Translations under genes and position numbers: made by a program
From: Candidatus Hydrogenedentota bacterium
GTDB taxonomy: Bacteria; Hydrogenedentota; Hydrogenedentia; Hydrogenedentales; SLHB01
NCBI GenBank assembly: GCA_034408725.1
Contig: JAWXCN010000032.1
Coordinates: 13,517-77,516, forward strand
Reading direction: 5' to 3'
Length of the DNA: 64,000 nt
Notes under the pieces: model-generated
Database searches by the model: none
The model's input: the letters and a program-made list of their open reading frames with translations, nothing else
What the model was told of the DNA's origin: nothing
Shown here: one piece after another, positions 8,380 through 16,660 of the stretch
Numbering within the stretch: the stretch's first letter is position 1
Layout of the letters: each line of letters opens with the position of its first letter

Positions 8380-9129
8380 ATGTTCAACAACGCATGGCGC
8401 AGAATGCGCACCGTGGAATTTGTTGCTTTGTTCGGCATTATGCTTGTCGCGCTGCTGGTGTGCGTGCCGCTGCTGACACGCGCGCGCGAGGCGGCGCATA
8501 GGGCTTCGTGCCAGAACAACCTGAAGCAGATGGGAATTGTCTTCAAAATGTACTCTTCGGAGAATAAGGATTACTTCCCGCCTTTGAGTCCAATCATCGA
8601 CAATTGGATGTTCGATACCGGAGCCGTAATTCCGGAATATCTGACTGACGTACATATTCTGATCTGCCCGGACAGCCCGTTCAGCAGACCCGAAGTTTTC
8701 GATTCGTCGCGTAATAAAAGCAGCGCCGACGCGAGCTGCGTTTCCTCGCTGTTTTACATCTACACCGGCTACCTTATTTACAGCGATGAACAGGCGCAAG
8801 GGTTGTTCAACGCATATATGCTCGATCCGATGAAGGTCATCACGGGTAACTCGGTCGAGGTCCACGTACCGGTCTGGCCAGATTCAACTCGGGTGACGGG
8901 TTTGGTGGGCGATGGCGATATTCCGCTCATGTGGGACCGGGTGCCACTCGGAGAGGATGAGTTCACGCACAACCCCGCGGGGGTGAACGTCCTCCATTTT
9001 GACGGTCACGTGGAATTTGTGAAGTACAGCTTTTATAACTCGTCAAACTTTTTTCCCGCGACGCGTGTTGGGGCGGAGACTTTTGGCAGCGTTTTGCCGG
9101 AACTTCCGAATTACTGCGTTTACCAGTAA
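8380..9129 (+). CDS. DUF1559-type pseudopilin-like (H-X9-DG) protein
   Basis: N-terminal hydrophobic helix followed by [37 protein letters not shown]-terminal NVLHFDGHVEFV motif. It starts 3 nt after the upstream stop. Confidence 0.75.
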   Translation: MFNNAWRRMRTVEFVALFGIMLVALLVCVPLLTRAREAAHRASCQNNLKQMGIVFKMYSSENKDYFPPLSPIIDNWMFDTGAVIPEYLTDVHILICPDSPFSRPEVFDSSRNKSSADASCVSSLFYIYTGYLIYSDEQAQGLFNAYMLDPMKVITGNSVEVHVPVWPDSTRVTGLVGDGDIPLMWDRVPLGEDEFTHNPAGVNVLHFDGHVEFVKYSFYNSSNFFPATRVGAETFGSVLPELPNYCVYQ

Positions 9130-9422
9130 CCGCCGGCGCACGCTCTTTCGCGCGCAATTCGATTCCGCGATAGTTATTGTTTCGATAGTGTCGCGACTCT
9201 TTGATGATGTCTCCCTTGTTAACTCGCTAGAAATGTCCCTTTAGTGTAGCTGCCCAATGGAGGCGGCTATATGAAGGCGTCATTTTCAACCTGGAACGGA
9301 GGAACCGGTTTTGCCGGCCTTGCCTGCATACGTAATTGTATTGGAGCGGTTGCCGCATTAGACTGGCGCGACTTACATTATCAAGGCTTGCGCAGTCTCA
9401 TTCGGAAAGGACATTACACATC

Positions 9423-10799
9423 ATGAGCACACACGAATCGAATGCCACGGCTACGAACAATTCCACTACGCGGCGGTCATTTCTTCGTTCGTCCGTCATT
9501 GCCGCGGGCGCAGCGTTGGGCGCGCCCGCCATTGTACGGGGACAGAACCTAAACAGCCTCCTGAACATTGCGGTCATCGGCTGCGGCGGACGTGGTGGCA
9601 GTAACCTCCAGGAAGTCTCGTCCGAGAACATCGTGGCCCTTTGCGACGTAAACGGAAACAATCTCGACAGCGCCGCGGCGAAATTTCCGAAGGCCGCCAA
9701 GTTCACCGATTTTCGCAAACTGTACGACAAACCTGATCTGTTCGACGCGGTCGTCGTCAGCACCAGCGAACATACCCACGCGTTTGCGACGTTGCCCGCG
9801 TTGCACGAGGGCAAACACGTGTATTGTGAAAAACCGCTTACCCACAATATCTGGGAAGCCCGCATCATTCGCGAGGCCGCGGGGAAGGTGAAGGTCGCGA
9901 CGCAAATGGGGACGCAGATTCACGCGGGCGACAACTACCGTCGCGTGGTCGAGTTGATTCAGTCTGGCGCCATCGGCCCCGTGCGCGAAGTCCATGTTTG
10001 GGTTTCCCGCACGTGGGGATGGCAGGCGACGGAGGAGGAATCCAAAGCCGCGCAGGATATCGTGTTCACCAACGAACGGCCCAGCACGGCCGATCCGGTT
10101 CCCGAAGGGCTTGATTGGGATCTTTGGTTGGGACCCGCCCCCGAGCGGCCGTTCAGCAACGTGTACTTTCCGGGACCCAAATGGTATCGCTGGTGGGAGT
10201 GGGGCAACGGAACCATGTCCGACTTGGGCAGCCATTGGAATGATCTGCCTTTTTGGGCGCTGAATCTTAAACATCCAGTTACTGTCGACGCAGGCGGACC
10301 CGCTGTCCACCCGGACATCGCGCCCGCTTCCATGTGGGCCGCATATGAGTATGGCGCGCGCGGTGACATGCCTGCCCTCAAACTGACCTGGTATCAAGGC
10401 AAAGAAAAGCCCGCGCGTTGGACCGATGGCACAATTCCAAAATGGGACGATGGCGTGCTTTTCGTCGGTGACAAAGGAATGCTGCTTTCCGACTACAGCA
10501 AATACGCGCTGCTGCCCGAAGACCAATTCAAGGGATTCACGCCACCACCGCAGACGATTCCCGCGTCATTGGGACATCACAAGGAATGGCTCCACGCCTG
10601 CAAGACTGGCGAGCCGACGACGTGTAATTTCGAGTATGCGGGTTGGCTCACGGAGGCCAACCACTTGGGCAACGTGGCCTATCGAACCGGTAAGAAGCTT
10701 GAATGGGATGCAGTGAAACTGAAGGCCACGAATGCCCCTGAGGCCGACCAATACATCAAACGCATCTATCGCAAACCGTTCGTCTTTGACGCCAATTAA
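9423..10799 (+). CDS. TAT-signal Gfo/Idh/MocA family oxidoreductase
   Basis: Lies within ORF 9336..10799. The ATG at 9423 gives MSTHES...[25 protein letters not shown], a twin-arginine signal. It has the Rossmann motif [15 protein letters not shown] and the EKPL motif ([10 protein letters not shown]). Confidence 0.85.
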   Translation: MSTHESNATATNNSTTRRSFLRSSVIAAGAALGAPAIVRGQNLNSLLNIAVIGCGGRGGSNLQEVSSENIVALCDVNGNNLDSAAAKFPKAAKFTDFRKLYDKPDLFDAVVVSTSEHTHAFATLPALHEGKHVYCEKPLTHNIWEARIIREAAGKVKVATQMGTQIHAGDNYRRVVELIQSGAIGPVREVHVWVSRTWGWQATEEESKAAQDIVFTNERPSTADPVPEGLDWDLWLGPAPERPFSNVYFPGPKWYRWWEWGNGTMSDLGSHWNDLPFWALNLKHPVTVDAGGPAVHPDIAPASMWAAYEYGARGDMPALKLTWYQGKEKPARWTDGTIPKWDDGVLFVGDKGMLLSDYSKYALLPEDQFKGFTPPPQTIPASLGHHKEWLHACKTGEPTTCNFEYAGWLTEANHLGNVAYRTGKKLEWDAVKLKATNAPEADQYIKRIYRKPFVFDAN

Positions 10800-10838
10800 G
10801 TTGCACGTAGACTCTTTGTTCGAGTAAAGTACCTGCCC

Positions 10839-11411
10839 ATGGGGCGCCACACGGTTCAATTTAGTTGTCATCACTGCAACCATTGCTGTACGGAAGTGAT
10901 TTGCCTTCCGACGCCGTGGGACGTAATCCGTATTGCGCGGGATACGGGTCAAGACCCGTACAAGTTTCTCGACTTCGTCACTCCTGAAGACATTGACGAA
11001 GTCGACGAATTTGATCCGACTTGGTTATACGTCGGCGACCAGCGCTATATGATGGCGCTGCGCCGCTACGACCATGGCTGCCACTTCCTCGACAAGAAGA
11101 CGAAGTTCTGCACGATTTACGAATCGCGCCCGATCCTTTGCCGGTTGTATCCGTTCAAAGTAACAGAGTTCCGCGATGGAACTTTCAAAGGGTTCACGTT
11201 GCACGATGACGTAGGGTGTCCACGGCACCGGGACGGTTCAACGCCGGTAAAGCCACTATATGAACTATATATGCAGGACACTGAGCACCAGGAAGATTAC
11301 GAGTCGCTTGTCAAGGTATTCAATCAAAAGGACCATGCATCGAAAAAGCCCGAGGACTTCATAGGGATGTTTATCGTCAAAGACGTCGTGGCCGGCGCAG
11401 TGCGGGTTTGA
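10839..11411 (+). CDS. YkgJ-family cysteine-cluster protein (UPF0153)
   Basis: CHHCNHCC (CxxCxxCC) near the N-terminus and the second cluster FCTIYESRPILCRLYPF. Confidence 0.75.
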   Translation: MGRHTVQFSCHHCNHCCTEVICLPTPWDVIRIARDTGQDPYKFLDFVTPEDIDEVDEFDPTWLYVGDQRYMMALRRYDHGCHFLDKKTKFCTIYESRPILCRLYPFKVTEFRDGTFKGFTLHDDVGCPRHRDGSTPVKPLYELYMQDTEHQEDYESLVKVFNQKDHASKKPEDFIGMFIVKDVVAGAVRV

Positions 11412-11496
11412 TTGGATTTTGTGATTCTACACGACCCGGCCGTTTGCGTAAAATGAACAGAATCAGCACTTTATGAATGTATTCGCGTATTTTCGT

Positions 11497-11525
11497 TTGA
11501 CTTCACCCCTACCCCGTGCTATACT
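11497..11525 (+). promoter_or_regulatory. Near-consensus sigma-70 promoter TTGACT-17 nt-TATACT
   Basis: TTGACT at 11497-11502, a 17-nt spacer, and TATACT at 11520-11525. It lies about 130 nt upstream of the M23 peptidase ATG (11657). This is a sequence match only. Confidence 0.5.
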
Positions 11526-11656
11526 CCGCAAACTTGGTGGGAATCCCTAGGGTGGTATTCGGGGATTACAGACAGCGGGATTAGCCATTTGACTGTAACG
11601 GAATGCTGTGTGGCCCTTGTCCCCTGCGTTGTTGTGATGAGCTCGGAGCACTTTTA

Positions 11657-12688
11657 ATGAAGCGCTGGACGGTTATGCTCATTCCCCATGGGCAGGGGAA
11701 TACCAGAAGCCTGAATCTTTACTCGATGCAGTTATACGTCTTGGTATCGGCGTTTGCCGTACTGGCGTTTACCGCAGCCTACACCTATCAATCCGCCCGA
11801 ATCGCAAGCAAGGACGTGGAGCGGCTCGAACGCGAGAAACGCGCGCTTGGAGCGATGGCGGCCCCGCTAACGCAGCACCCCACGGCAATTTTAGCCGATG
11901 ACGAACGCCTGACCATAGAGCAAAAAGTGCGCGAGGAATACGAAGGGCGCATGGTCGCGATTACCAGCGAGCTAAGCGAGCTCTATGACGTCGAGAAGAA
12001 CTTCCGCAAGAACAACGGGTTACCGCCGCGCACGAAGACCCCGGCGGAATTTGTTGAGAATGTCAGCGCGGAACAGGGTGGAAAAGGTGGACCTCCCGGG
12101 TCCGATCCGGGGGACGACGCGCCATTGGCAAATGATGCGCTGGTACGGCCACCATCGGTGATCGATGGGCTGGCGAATCCGAGCGCGGACCTCATCGTTC
12201 AGGAAATCAACATCCGCACGGAGAGCCTGCGGGAATACAACGAGTTGTACCTCGCGGCAAGCCAGGCCAAGAAAGAAGAAATTGATCGCACGCCGGGCAT
12301 TTGGCCGGTCTCCCGCACGAAACGATCAATAGTCACATCACGGTTTGGACACCGCAAGGACCCATTCACACGGGACCTTAGTTTCCATGACGGGCTCGAT
12401 ATCGGCGCGCCGTATGGCACTTCGATTATTGCAACGGGCAAGGGGACCGTTATATCCTCGGGCTGGGACAAGTACCTTGGGAACCATGTCCGCATCGATC
12501 TTGGGGCGGGTATGGTCACGGTATACGGACATATGCAGAAAACGACGGTATCAGTTGGCGAACTCGTCGAGAAGGGCACGGAAGTTGGAAAGCTCGGCAG
12601 CACGGGACGCAGCACGGGCGCGCATTTACATTACGAAGTTCGAATCAACGGCAAGTCGGTGGACCCTGAACGCTACCTTGTCGAATAA
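11657..12688 (+). CDS. M23 family metallopeptidase (LytM-type), membrane anchored
   Basis: Lies within ORF 11603..12688, with the ATG at 11657 (MKRWTVMLIPHGQG). It has a TM helix and a coiled-coil-like linker. The HxxxD motif is FHDGLDIGAPYG and the HxH motif is GSTGRSTGAHLHYEV. Confidence 0.88.
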   Translation: MKRWTVMLIPHGQGNTRSLNLYSMQLYVLVSAFAVLAFTAAYTYQSARIASKDVERLEREKRALGAMAAPLTQHPTAILADDERLTIEQKVREEYEGRMVAITSELSELYDVEKNFRKNNGLPPRTKTPAEFVENVSAEQGGKGGPPGSDPGDDAPLANDALVRPPSVIDGLANPSADLIVQEINIRTESLREYNELYLAASQAKKEEIDRTPGIWPVSRTKRSIVTSRFGHRKDPFTRDLSFHDGLDIGAPYGTSIIATGKGTVISSGWDKYLGNHVRIDLGAGMVTVYGHMQKTTVSVGELVEKGTEVGKLGSTGRSTGAHLHYEVRINGKSVDPERYLVE

Positions 12689-12697
12689 GAAGCAGGC

Positions 12698-13153
12698 ATG
12701 TTAGACGCAGCAAAAAAACGAGTATACGGTGATACCAAAGTGGTAACAGTCATTGGGCAAGGCACAACAATCATCGGCGAAATCAAGTCGAAGGGCACTA
12801 TCCGCGTCGAGGGCGTGGTGTCTGGCCGAATCCACAGTGAGGATTCGATTGTCGTTCAGGAAACTGGGCGAGTGAAGGCCGATCTGTATGCCGGCCAGGT
12901 GACGATTGCAGGAGAAGTGGAAGGCAATATCTTCGCGCAGGACCGCCTCGAGATCGCGACGAACGGCAAGCTGCTCGGCGACATCGTCGCGCCGCGCGTG
13001 AGCATTGCCGAAGGCGTCCTTTTCGAAGGCAAGTGTACGATGAAGCCGCCCAACGCTACGGCCCCGCAACGCGTCACCGAAGATGGCGTGCAACAGGCCG
13101 CGCCACAGCGCCAGCCGCAGACGCCGCCCCAGGAGCCCTCGCAGCGCACGTAA
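12698..13153 (+). CDS. Bactofilin (polymer-forming cytoskeletal protein, DUF583)
   Basis: Repetitive beta-helix pattern IIGEIKSKGTIRVEGVVSGRIHSEDSIVVQETGRVKADLYAGQVTIAGEVEGNIFAQDRLEI, followed by a Pro/Gln-rich tail. Confidence 0.88.
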   Translation: MLDAAKKRVYGDTKVVTVIGQGTTIIGEIKSKGTIRVEGVVSGRIHSEDSIVVQETGRVKADLYAGQVTIAGEVEGNIFAQDRLEIATNGKLLGDIVAPRVSIAEGVLFEGKCTMKPPNATAPQRVTEDGVQQAAPQRQPQTPPQEPSQRT

Positions 13154-13181
13154 TCATTTCTCAAAATCGTGTAAAATATGG

Positions 13182-13212
13182 GGGCGGCCAACGATGGCCG
13201 TCCTATTTTTTT
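13182..13212 (+). terminator. Rho-independent terminator candidate
   Basis: An 8-bp stem (13182-13189 pairing with 13196-13203, one G-U pair) with a 6-nt loop, then TATTTTTTT (a T7 run at 13206-13212). It lies 29 nt after the bactofilin stop. It also argues for the mnmA start at 13218 rather than 13194. Confidence 0.6.
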
Positions 13213-13217
13213 GTGCT

Positions 13218-14324
13218 ATGACAAATTCAAAACAAACAAATTCAAAGTCCCAGCGCCGCGTGCTTGTCGCGATGTCCGGCGGAGTGGACAGCTCTGTCGC
13301 CGCGGCCTTGCTCGTCGAGCAGGGCTACGACGTCGTGGGCATGACCATGCGCGTTGCGTCCGGCGAAGGCCGTGAGGTGTCGGACAAAGCCTGTTGCACA
13401 CTGGATGCCGCACAGGATGCGCGCCGGGTCGCCGACAAACTGGGCATTCCGCACTACGTTATCAATTACGTGCAGCGGTTCGAGCAGGAGGTCATTCAGG
13501 ACTTCATCGGCGAATACCTCGCGGGCCGCACGCCGAACCCGTGCTCGCGGTGTAATCAGCGCGTGAAGTTTGGCGCGCTGTACGAGAAGGCGCTCGCCAT
13601 TGAAGCGGACGCAATCGCCACGGGACATTACGCACGGCTTGAGCGGCGCGGCGATCGTGTCGCGCTGCTTCGCCCCGTGGACAAGAACAAGGACCAAAGT
13701 TACACGCTTTCCGGTTTGGGCCAGGCGCAACTCGAACGCGCAATGTTCCCCTTGGGCGAAATGTCGAAGGAGCAGACGCGCACAATTGCGCGATCGTTGG
13801 GTCTCGTTACCGCGGACAAACCGGAGAGCATGGAAATTTGCTTTGTGCCGGGCGACGATTATCGCCGGTTTCTGGCGACGCGCGTGCAGGCTCCCACCGC
13901 GGGCCCCATCGTGAACTTGCAGGGAGAACTGGTTGGCCATCATTCCGGCTTGGTGAACTATACCGTGGGTCAGCGAAAGGGCCTCGGCATTGCCGCGGCC
14001 AAGCCGTATTACGTCGTGAAACTCGACATGCAGCGCAACGCATTGGTCGTCGGGCATGATGATGAAGCAACCGTGGGCGGATTGGCAGCAAGTCAGGTGA
14101 GTTGGTGCGCGCTTCCGCCGCAAACTGATCCCTTCGATTGCTTCGTGCAGATTCGGTACAAGAGCGCGCCCATTCCATGTACGGTGACGCCAGGCGCGGA
14201 TGGTTTTTCCGTCGCGTTCCACGTCCCGCAACGCGCTGTCTCTCCTGGGCAATGGGCGGTGCTCTACGACGGGGACACCGTGCTGGCGGCGGGGATTATT
14301 GATCGGCCCGAGGTCGGCGGGTAG
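13218..14324 (+). CDS. mnmA: tRNA 2-thiouridine(34) synthase
   Basis: Lies within ORF 13083..14324. It has the PP-loop RVLVAMSGGVDSSVAAALL, and the motifs CCTLDAAQDARRVADKLGIPHYV and NPCSRCNQRVKF. The ATG at 13218 (MTNSKQ) was chosen. Confidence 0.92.
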   Translation: MTNSKQTNSKSQRRVLVAMSGGVDSSVAAALLVEQGYDVVGMTMRVASGEGREVSDKACCTLDAAQDARRVADKLGIPHYVINYVQRFEQEVIQDFIGEYLAGRTPNPCSRCNQRVKFGALYEKALAIEADAIATGHYARLERRGDRVALLRPVDKNKDQSYTLSGLGQAQLERAMFPLGEMSKEQTRTIARSLGLVTADKPESMEICFVPGDDYRRFLATRVQAPTAGPIVNLQGELVGHHSGLVNYTVGQRKGLGIAAAKPYYVVKLDMQRNALVVGHDDEATVGGLAASQVSWCALPPQTDPFDCFVQIRYKSAPIPCTVTPGADGFSVAFHVPQRAVSPGQWAVLYDGDTVLAAGIIDRPEVGG

Positions 14325-14325
14325 C

Positions 14326-15018
14326 ATGTATTCTACCGAAGAAAACGAGTATGCCGACGAATCCGAGATGCTTGAAATCAAGAGCAATGCTCCATTGAAC
14401 CGCAGCCTGCGCAAAGGACATCGGGACGCGGCGGAAAAACGAGGGCGTTACGCTGGACAACCTATAGATTTTTCTACCCACCCTGTAATCGTATCCGTGA
14501 GCTTGAACGCGGCGCATTGCATCAGCAAACAAAACCAGCCAAGCATTCGTCTCATGACTGGCCTCGGTGTCGAAGGCGACGCGCATTGCGGCGAGACGGT
14601 CAAGCATCGTTCGCGCGTCGCGCGTGATCCAAGCCAACCAAACTTGCGCCAGGTGCATTTGATTCATAGCGAGCTGCACGACGAATTAAGGAAAAAGGGT
14701 TTCGAAATTCTTCCGGGGCAAATGGGGGAGAACATCACCACGCGCGGGATTGATTTGCTGGCGCTGCCGGTCGGAACAAAATTGCGCATTGGTGATTCCG
14801 CCGTTGTCGAGATTACCGGCTTGCGCAATCCCTGCTCGCAGCTTGATGGACTATATGACGGGCTCATGGTCGCGACAGTGCGCCGCGCAAAAAACGGGGA
14901 CCTCATTCGAAAGGCGGGGATTATGGGCGTTGTGCGCGCAGATGGGGAAATCCGCCGCGGCGATTCAATTCGCGTTGAGCTTCCCGCGGAACCACATCGT
15001 CCGCTCGCTCCTGTCTGA
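14326..15018 (+). CDS. MOSC domain-containing protein
   Basis: Lies within ORF 14200..15018. The ATG at 14326 is 1 nt after the mnmA stop. MOSC-like core GENITTRGIDLLALPVGTKLRIGDSAVVEITGLRNPCSQLD, with the conserved Cys. Confidence 0.75.
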   Translation: MYSTEENEYADESEMLEIKSNAPLNRSLRKGHRDAAEKRGRYAGQPIDFSTHPVIVSVSLNAAHCISKQNQPSIRLMTGLGVEGDAHCGETVKHRSRVARDPSQPNLRQVHLIHSELHDELRKKGFEILPGQMGENITTRGIDLLALPVGTKLRIGDSAVVEITGLRNPCSQLDGLYDGLMVATVRRAKNGDLIRKAGIMGVVRADGEIRRGDSIRVELPAEPHRPLAPV

Positions 15019-15023
15019 ATTCC

Positions 15024-15743
15024 ATGATTCGAGCCGTGCTATTCGATGCCGCCGGCACCTTGTTGCATATTCATCCTTCCGTAGGCGATGTCTACGCCTC
15101 CGAAGCTGCGTTGATGGGTGTCAACGTATCCGCGCATGCATTGAATGATGCGTTCAAAAGCGCGTGGGGGAGTCTCCGGCCACCAGACGGCGCGTCGCCG
15201 TTCCACACCTCCGAATCGGTTGAGCGTGAGTGGTGGCGAAATCTTGTCCGGCAGGTTTTTGGCGAAGCCGGCGTGTTGGATCAATTTGGCGAGCAATTCG
15301 AACTTTTTTTCGACGCGCTATACGAAAGATTCGAACAGCCCGGCTGTTGGCGGCTGTATGACGATGTCATTCCCGCGTTGGATGCGCTTGACGCGAGAAG
15401 GGTACCGTTTTCTATCGTTTCCAATTGGGATTCACGTCTTCCGCGATTGTTGCGCGCGATGGGAATCGCGGAACGCTTCCGATTCATCCTGACTTCCGCC
15501 GAAGTGGGCGTCAGCAAACCCGATGCCGAAATTTTTGCGCAGGCAGTTCGCAGATTGGGGTTTCCAGCCAGCGATGTGCTGCATGTGGGTGATTCAGTCG
15601 AGGAAGATTTAATGGCCGCGCAACGCGCCGGGCTTAAAGGCGTGTTAGTCTCGCGCAGGGAAACCATTCCGGCCAAACACGGGGCCATTGGAAATTTGTT
15701 GCAGATAATCAATGTATTGGAGGCATCCATAGCGACGCCTTGA
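15024..15743 (+). CDS. HAD-superfamily hydrolase (subfamily IA-like)
   Basis: Motif I is VLFDAAGTL. Motif III/IV is VSKPDAEIF and HVGDSVEEDLMAAQRAG. Confidence 0.8.
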   Translation: MIRAVLFDAAGTLLHIHPSVGDVYASEAALMGVNVSAHALNDAFKSAWGSLRPPDGASPFHTSESVEREWWRNLVRQVFGEAGVLDQFGEQFELFFDALYERFEQPGCWRLYDDVIPALDALDARRVPFSIVSNWDSRLPRLLRAMGIAERFRFILTSAEVGVSKPDAEIFAQAVRRLGFPASDVLHVGDSVEEDLMAAQRAGLKGVLVSRRETIPAKHGAIGNLLQIINVLEASIATP

Positions 15744-15870
15744 GGGCCGCCGCAGTCCCAACAGGCTTCTTCCTATAACGTCGTTTTGGGAGAAGGACCA
15801 CTTTGGGAGAAGGACTATTTGGACTGCGGTGGCGGAGCGGGTAGCGCAAACACCGCTTTGGCTGTTTATG
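15736..15870 (+). repeat. ~135-bp intergenic direct repeat, copy 1 (hairpin-forming)
   Basis: It aligns with 15931-16065 over its whole length with scattered mismatches. The internal stem is CCGCCGCAGTCC (15747-15758) pairing with GGACTGCGGTGG (15821-15832), with one G-U pair if read as plus-strand RNA. Confidence 0.8.
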
Positions 15871-15930
15871 GGAGAGGGCGTCGTGCGTGCAGGGTAAGGG
15901 TAGACCAACTGTGATAGACAGCCAAAGCGG

Positions 15931-16065
15931 CGCCTTGGGGGCCGCCGCAGTCCAAATGGGCTACTTGTTAGGACGTGGTTTTGGGAGAAGGACCTCGCTG
16001 GGAGATGGACTATTTGGACTGCGGTGGCGGAGCGGGTAGCGCAGACACCGCTTTGGCTGTTTATG
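15931..16065 (+). repeat. ~135-bp intergenic direct repeat, copy 2 (hairpin-forming)
   Basis: Same unit, offset by 195 bp. The 16-bp stem is 15942-15957 pairing with 16012-16027. An extra inverted pair CCGCTTTGGCTGT (15853-15865) / ACAGCCAAAGCGG (15918-15930) bridges the two copies. Confidence 0.8.
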
Positions 16066-16250
16066 ACCAACAAACTGCCCACAACGCCATTCACACCGCT
16101 TCGGAAGGAATCTCCGGCGGTGATCTCATGCATGCGTTTTTAGGCGTCTACCAAAATCCATGTTTAATCCCAGAGGGGGTTGTGGCGCGCAGCCCAGGGT
16201 TACGACGTGATGCGCGGCGCTAACGCTGGGGGAAAACTGACTGACTGTCA

Positions 16251-16598
16251 TTACAGATTACCCTTCGGCATCTTGGGTTCTCGCAAGGACAATTCCTGCG
16301 CCAGATTCTTCACTTCCGTTTCCAACCGCGAAATCTTGACGCTAAACTGCAAACACAACGTCACAACAAAGAATATCCCGAAGAAAAACAGCGTTGATGA
16401 TGTCCAACCCGCCCCAATGAGTTTGGTGATCCATTCCAGAAGCGCGTAGTTGAGCCCCACAACGACAATCGCAAGGCCCGCGCAAATCCACAGCCACGAG
16501 TATTCCACACGCAGTTTTCTGCGCCGAACCAATTCGATGATAAACGCCAACAACGTGATACCGAAAACTGCCGCGAGTATTTTTTGTCGAATGTCCAC
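16251..16598 (-). CDS. DUF2304 family small membrane protein
   Basis: 115 aa with three hydrophobic helices, the motif RRRKLRVEYSWLW and a C-terminal coiled tail. It lies downstream of a GT2 gene, which is the usual DUF2304 context. Confidence 0.75.
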   Translation of the reverse strand: MDIRQKILAAVFGITLLAFIIELVRRRKLRVEYSWLWICAGLAIVVVGLNYALLEWITKLIGAGWTSSTLFFFGIFFVVTLCLQFSVKISRLETEVKNLAQELSLREPKMPKGNL

Positions 16599-16660
16599 TG
16601 TAGGCTCCGTGGTGTGTTTGACGATCTGTCGGATCAGTCCGATCAGCCGGATTTTTGGTA

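Noticed and set aside
13083-13217. Upstream in-frame extension of mnmA (starts at 13083 or 13194)
   Set aside because: The extension overlaps the bactofilin 3' end and runs through the hairpin-T7 terminator at 13182-13212. The conserved mnmA N-terminus begins just after the ATG at 13218.
13242-14414. 390-aa minus-strand ORF
   Set aside because: It is fully antisense to mnmA, which has PP-loop and other diagnostic motifs. It has the Arg/His/Ala-rich shadow-ORF composition typical of high-GC DNA. The same reasoning applies to 9549..10526 (antisense to the Gfo/Idh/MocA gene), 35427..36299 (antisense to the alpha/beta hydrolase), 37416..38279, 6137..6964, 25503..26258, 49823..50566 and similar track entries.
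15645-16133. 162-aa minus-strand ORF with an internal duplicated peptide (INSQSGVCATRSATAVQIV x2)
   Set aside because: The duplication is the 135-bp DNA direct repeat read through. There is no start context and no motifs. It lies in a convergent intergenic region.
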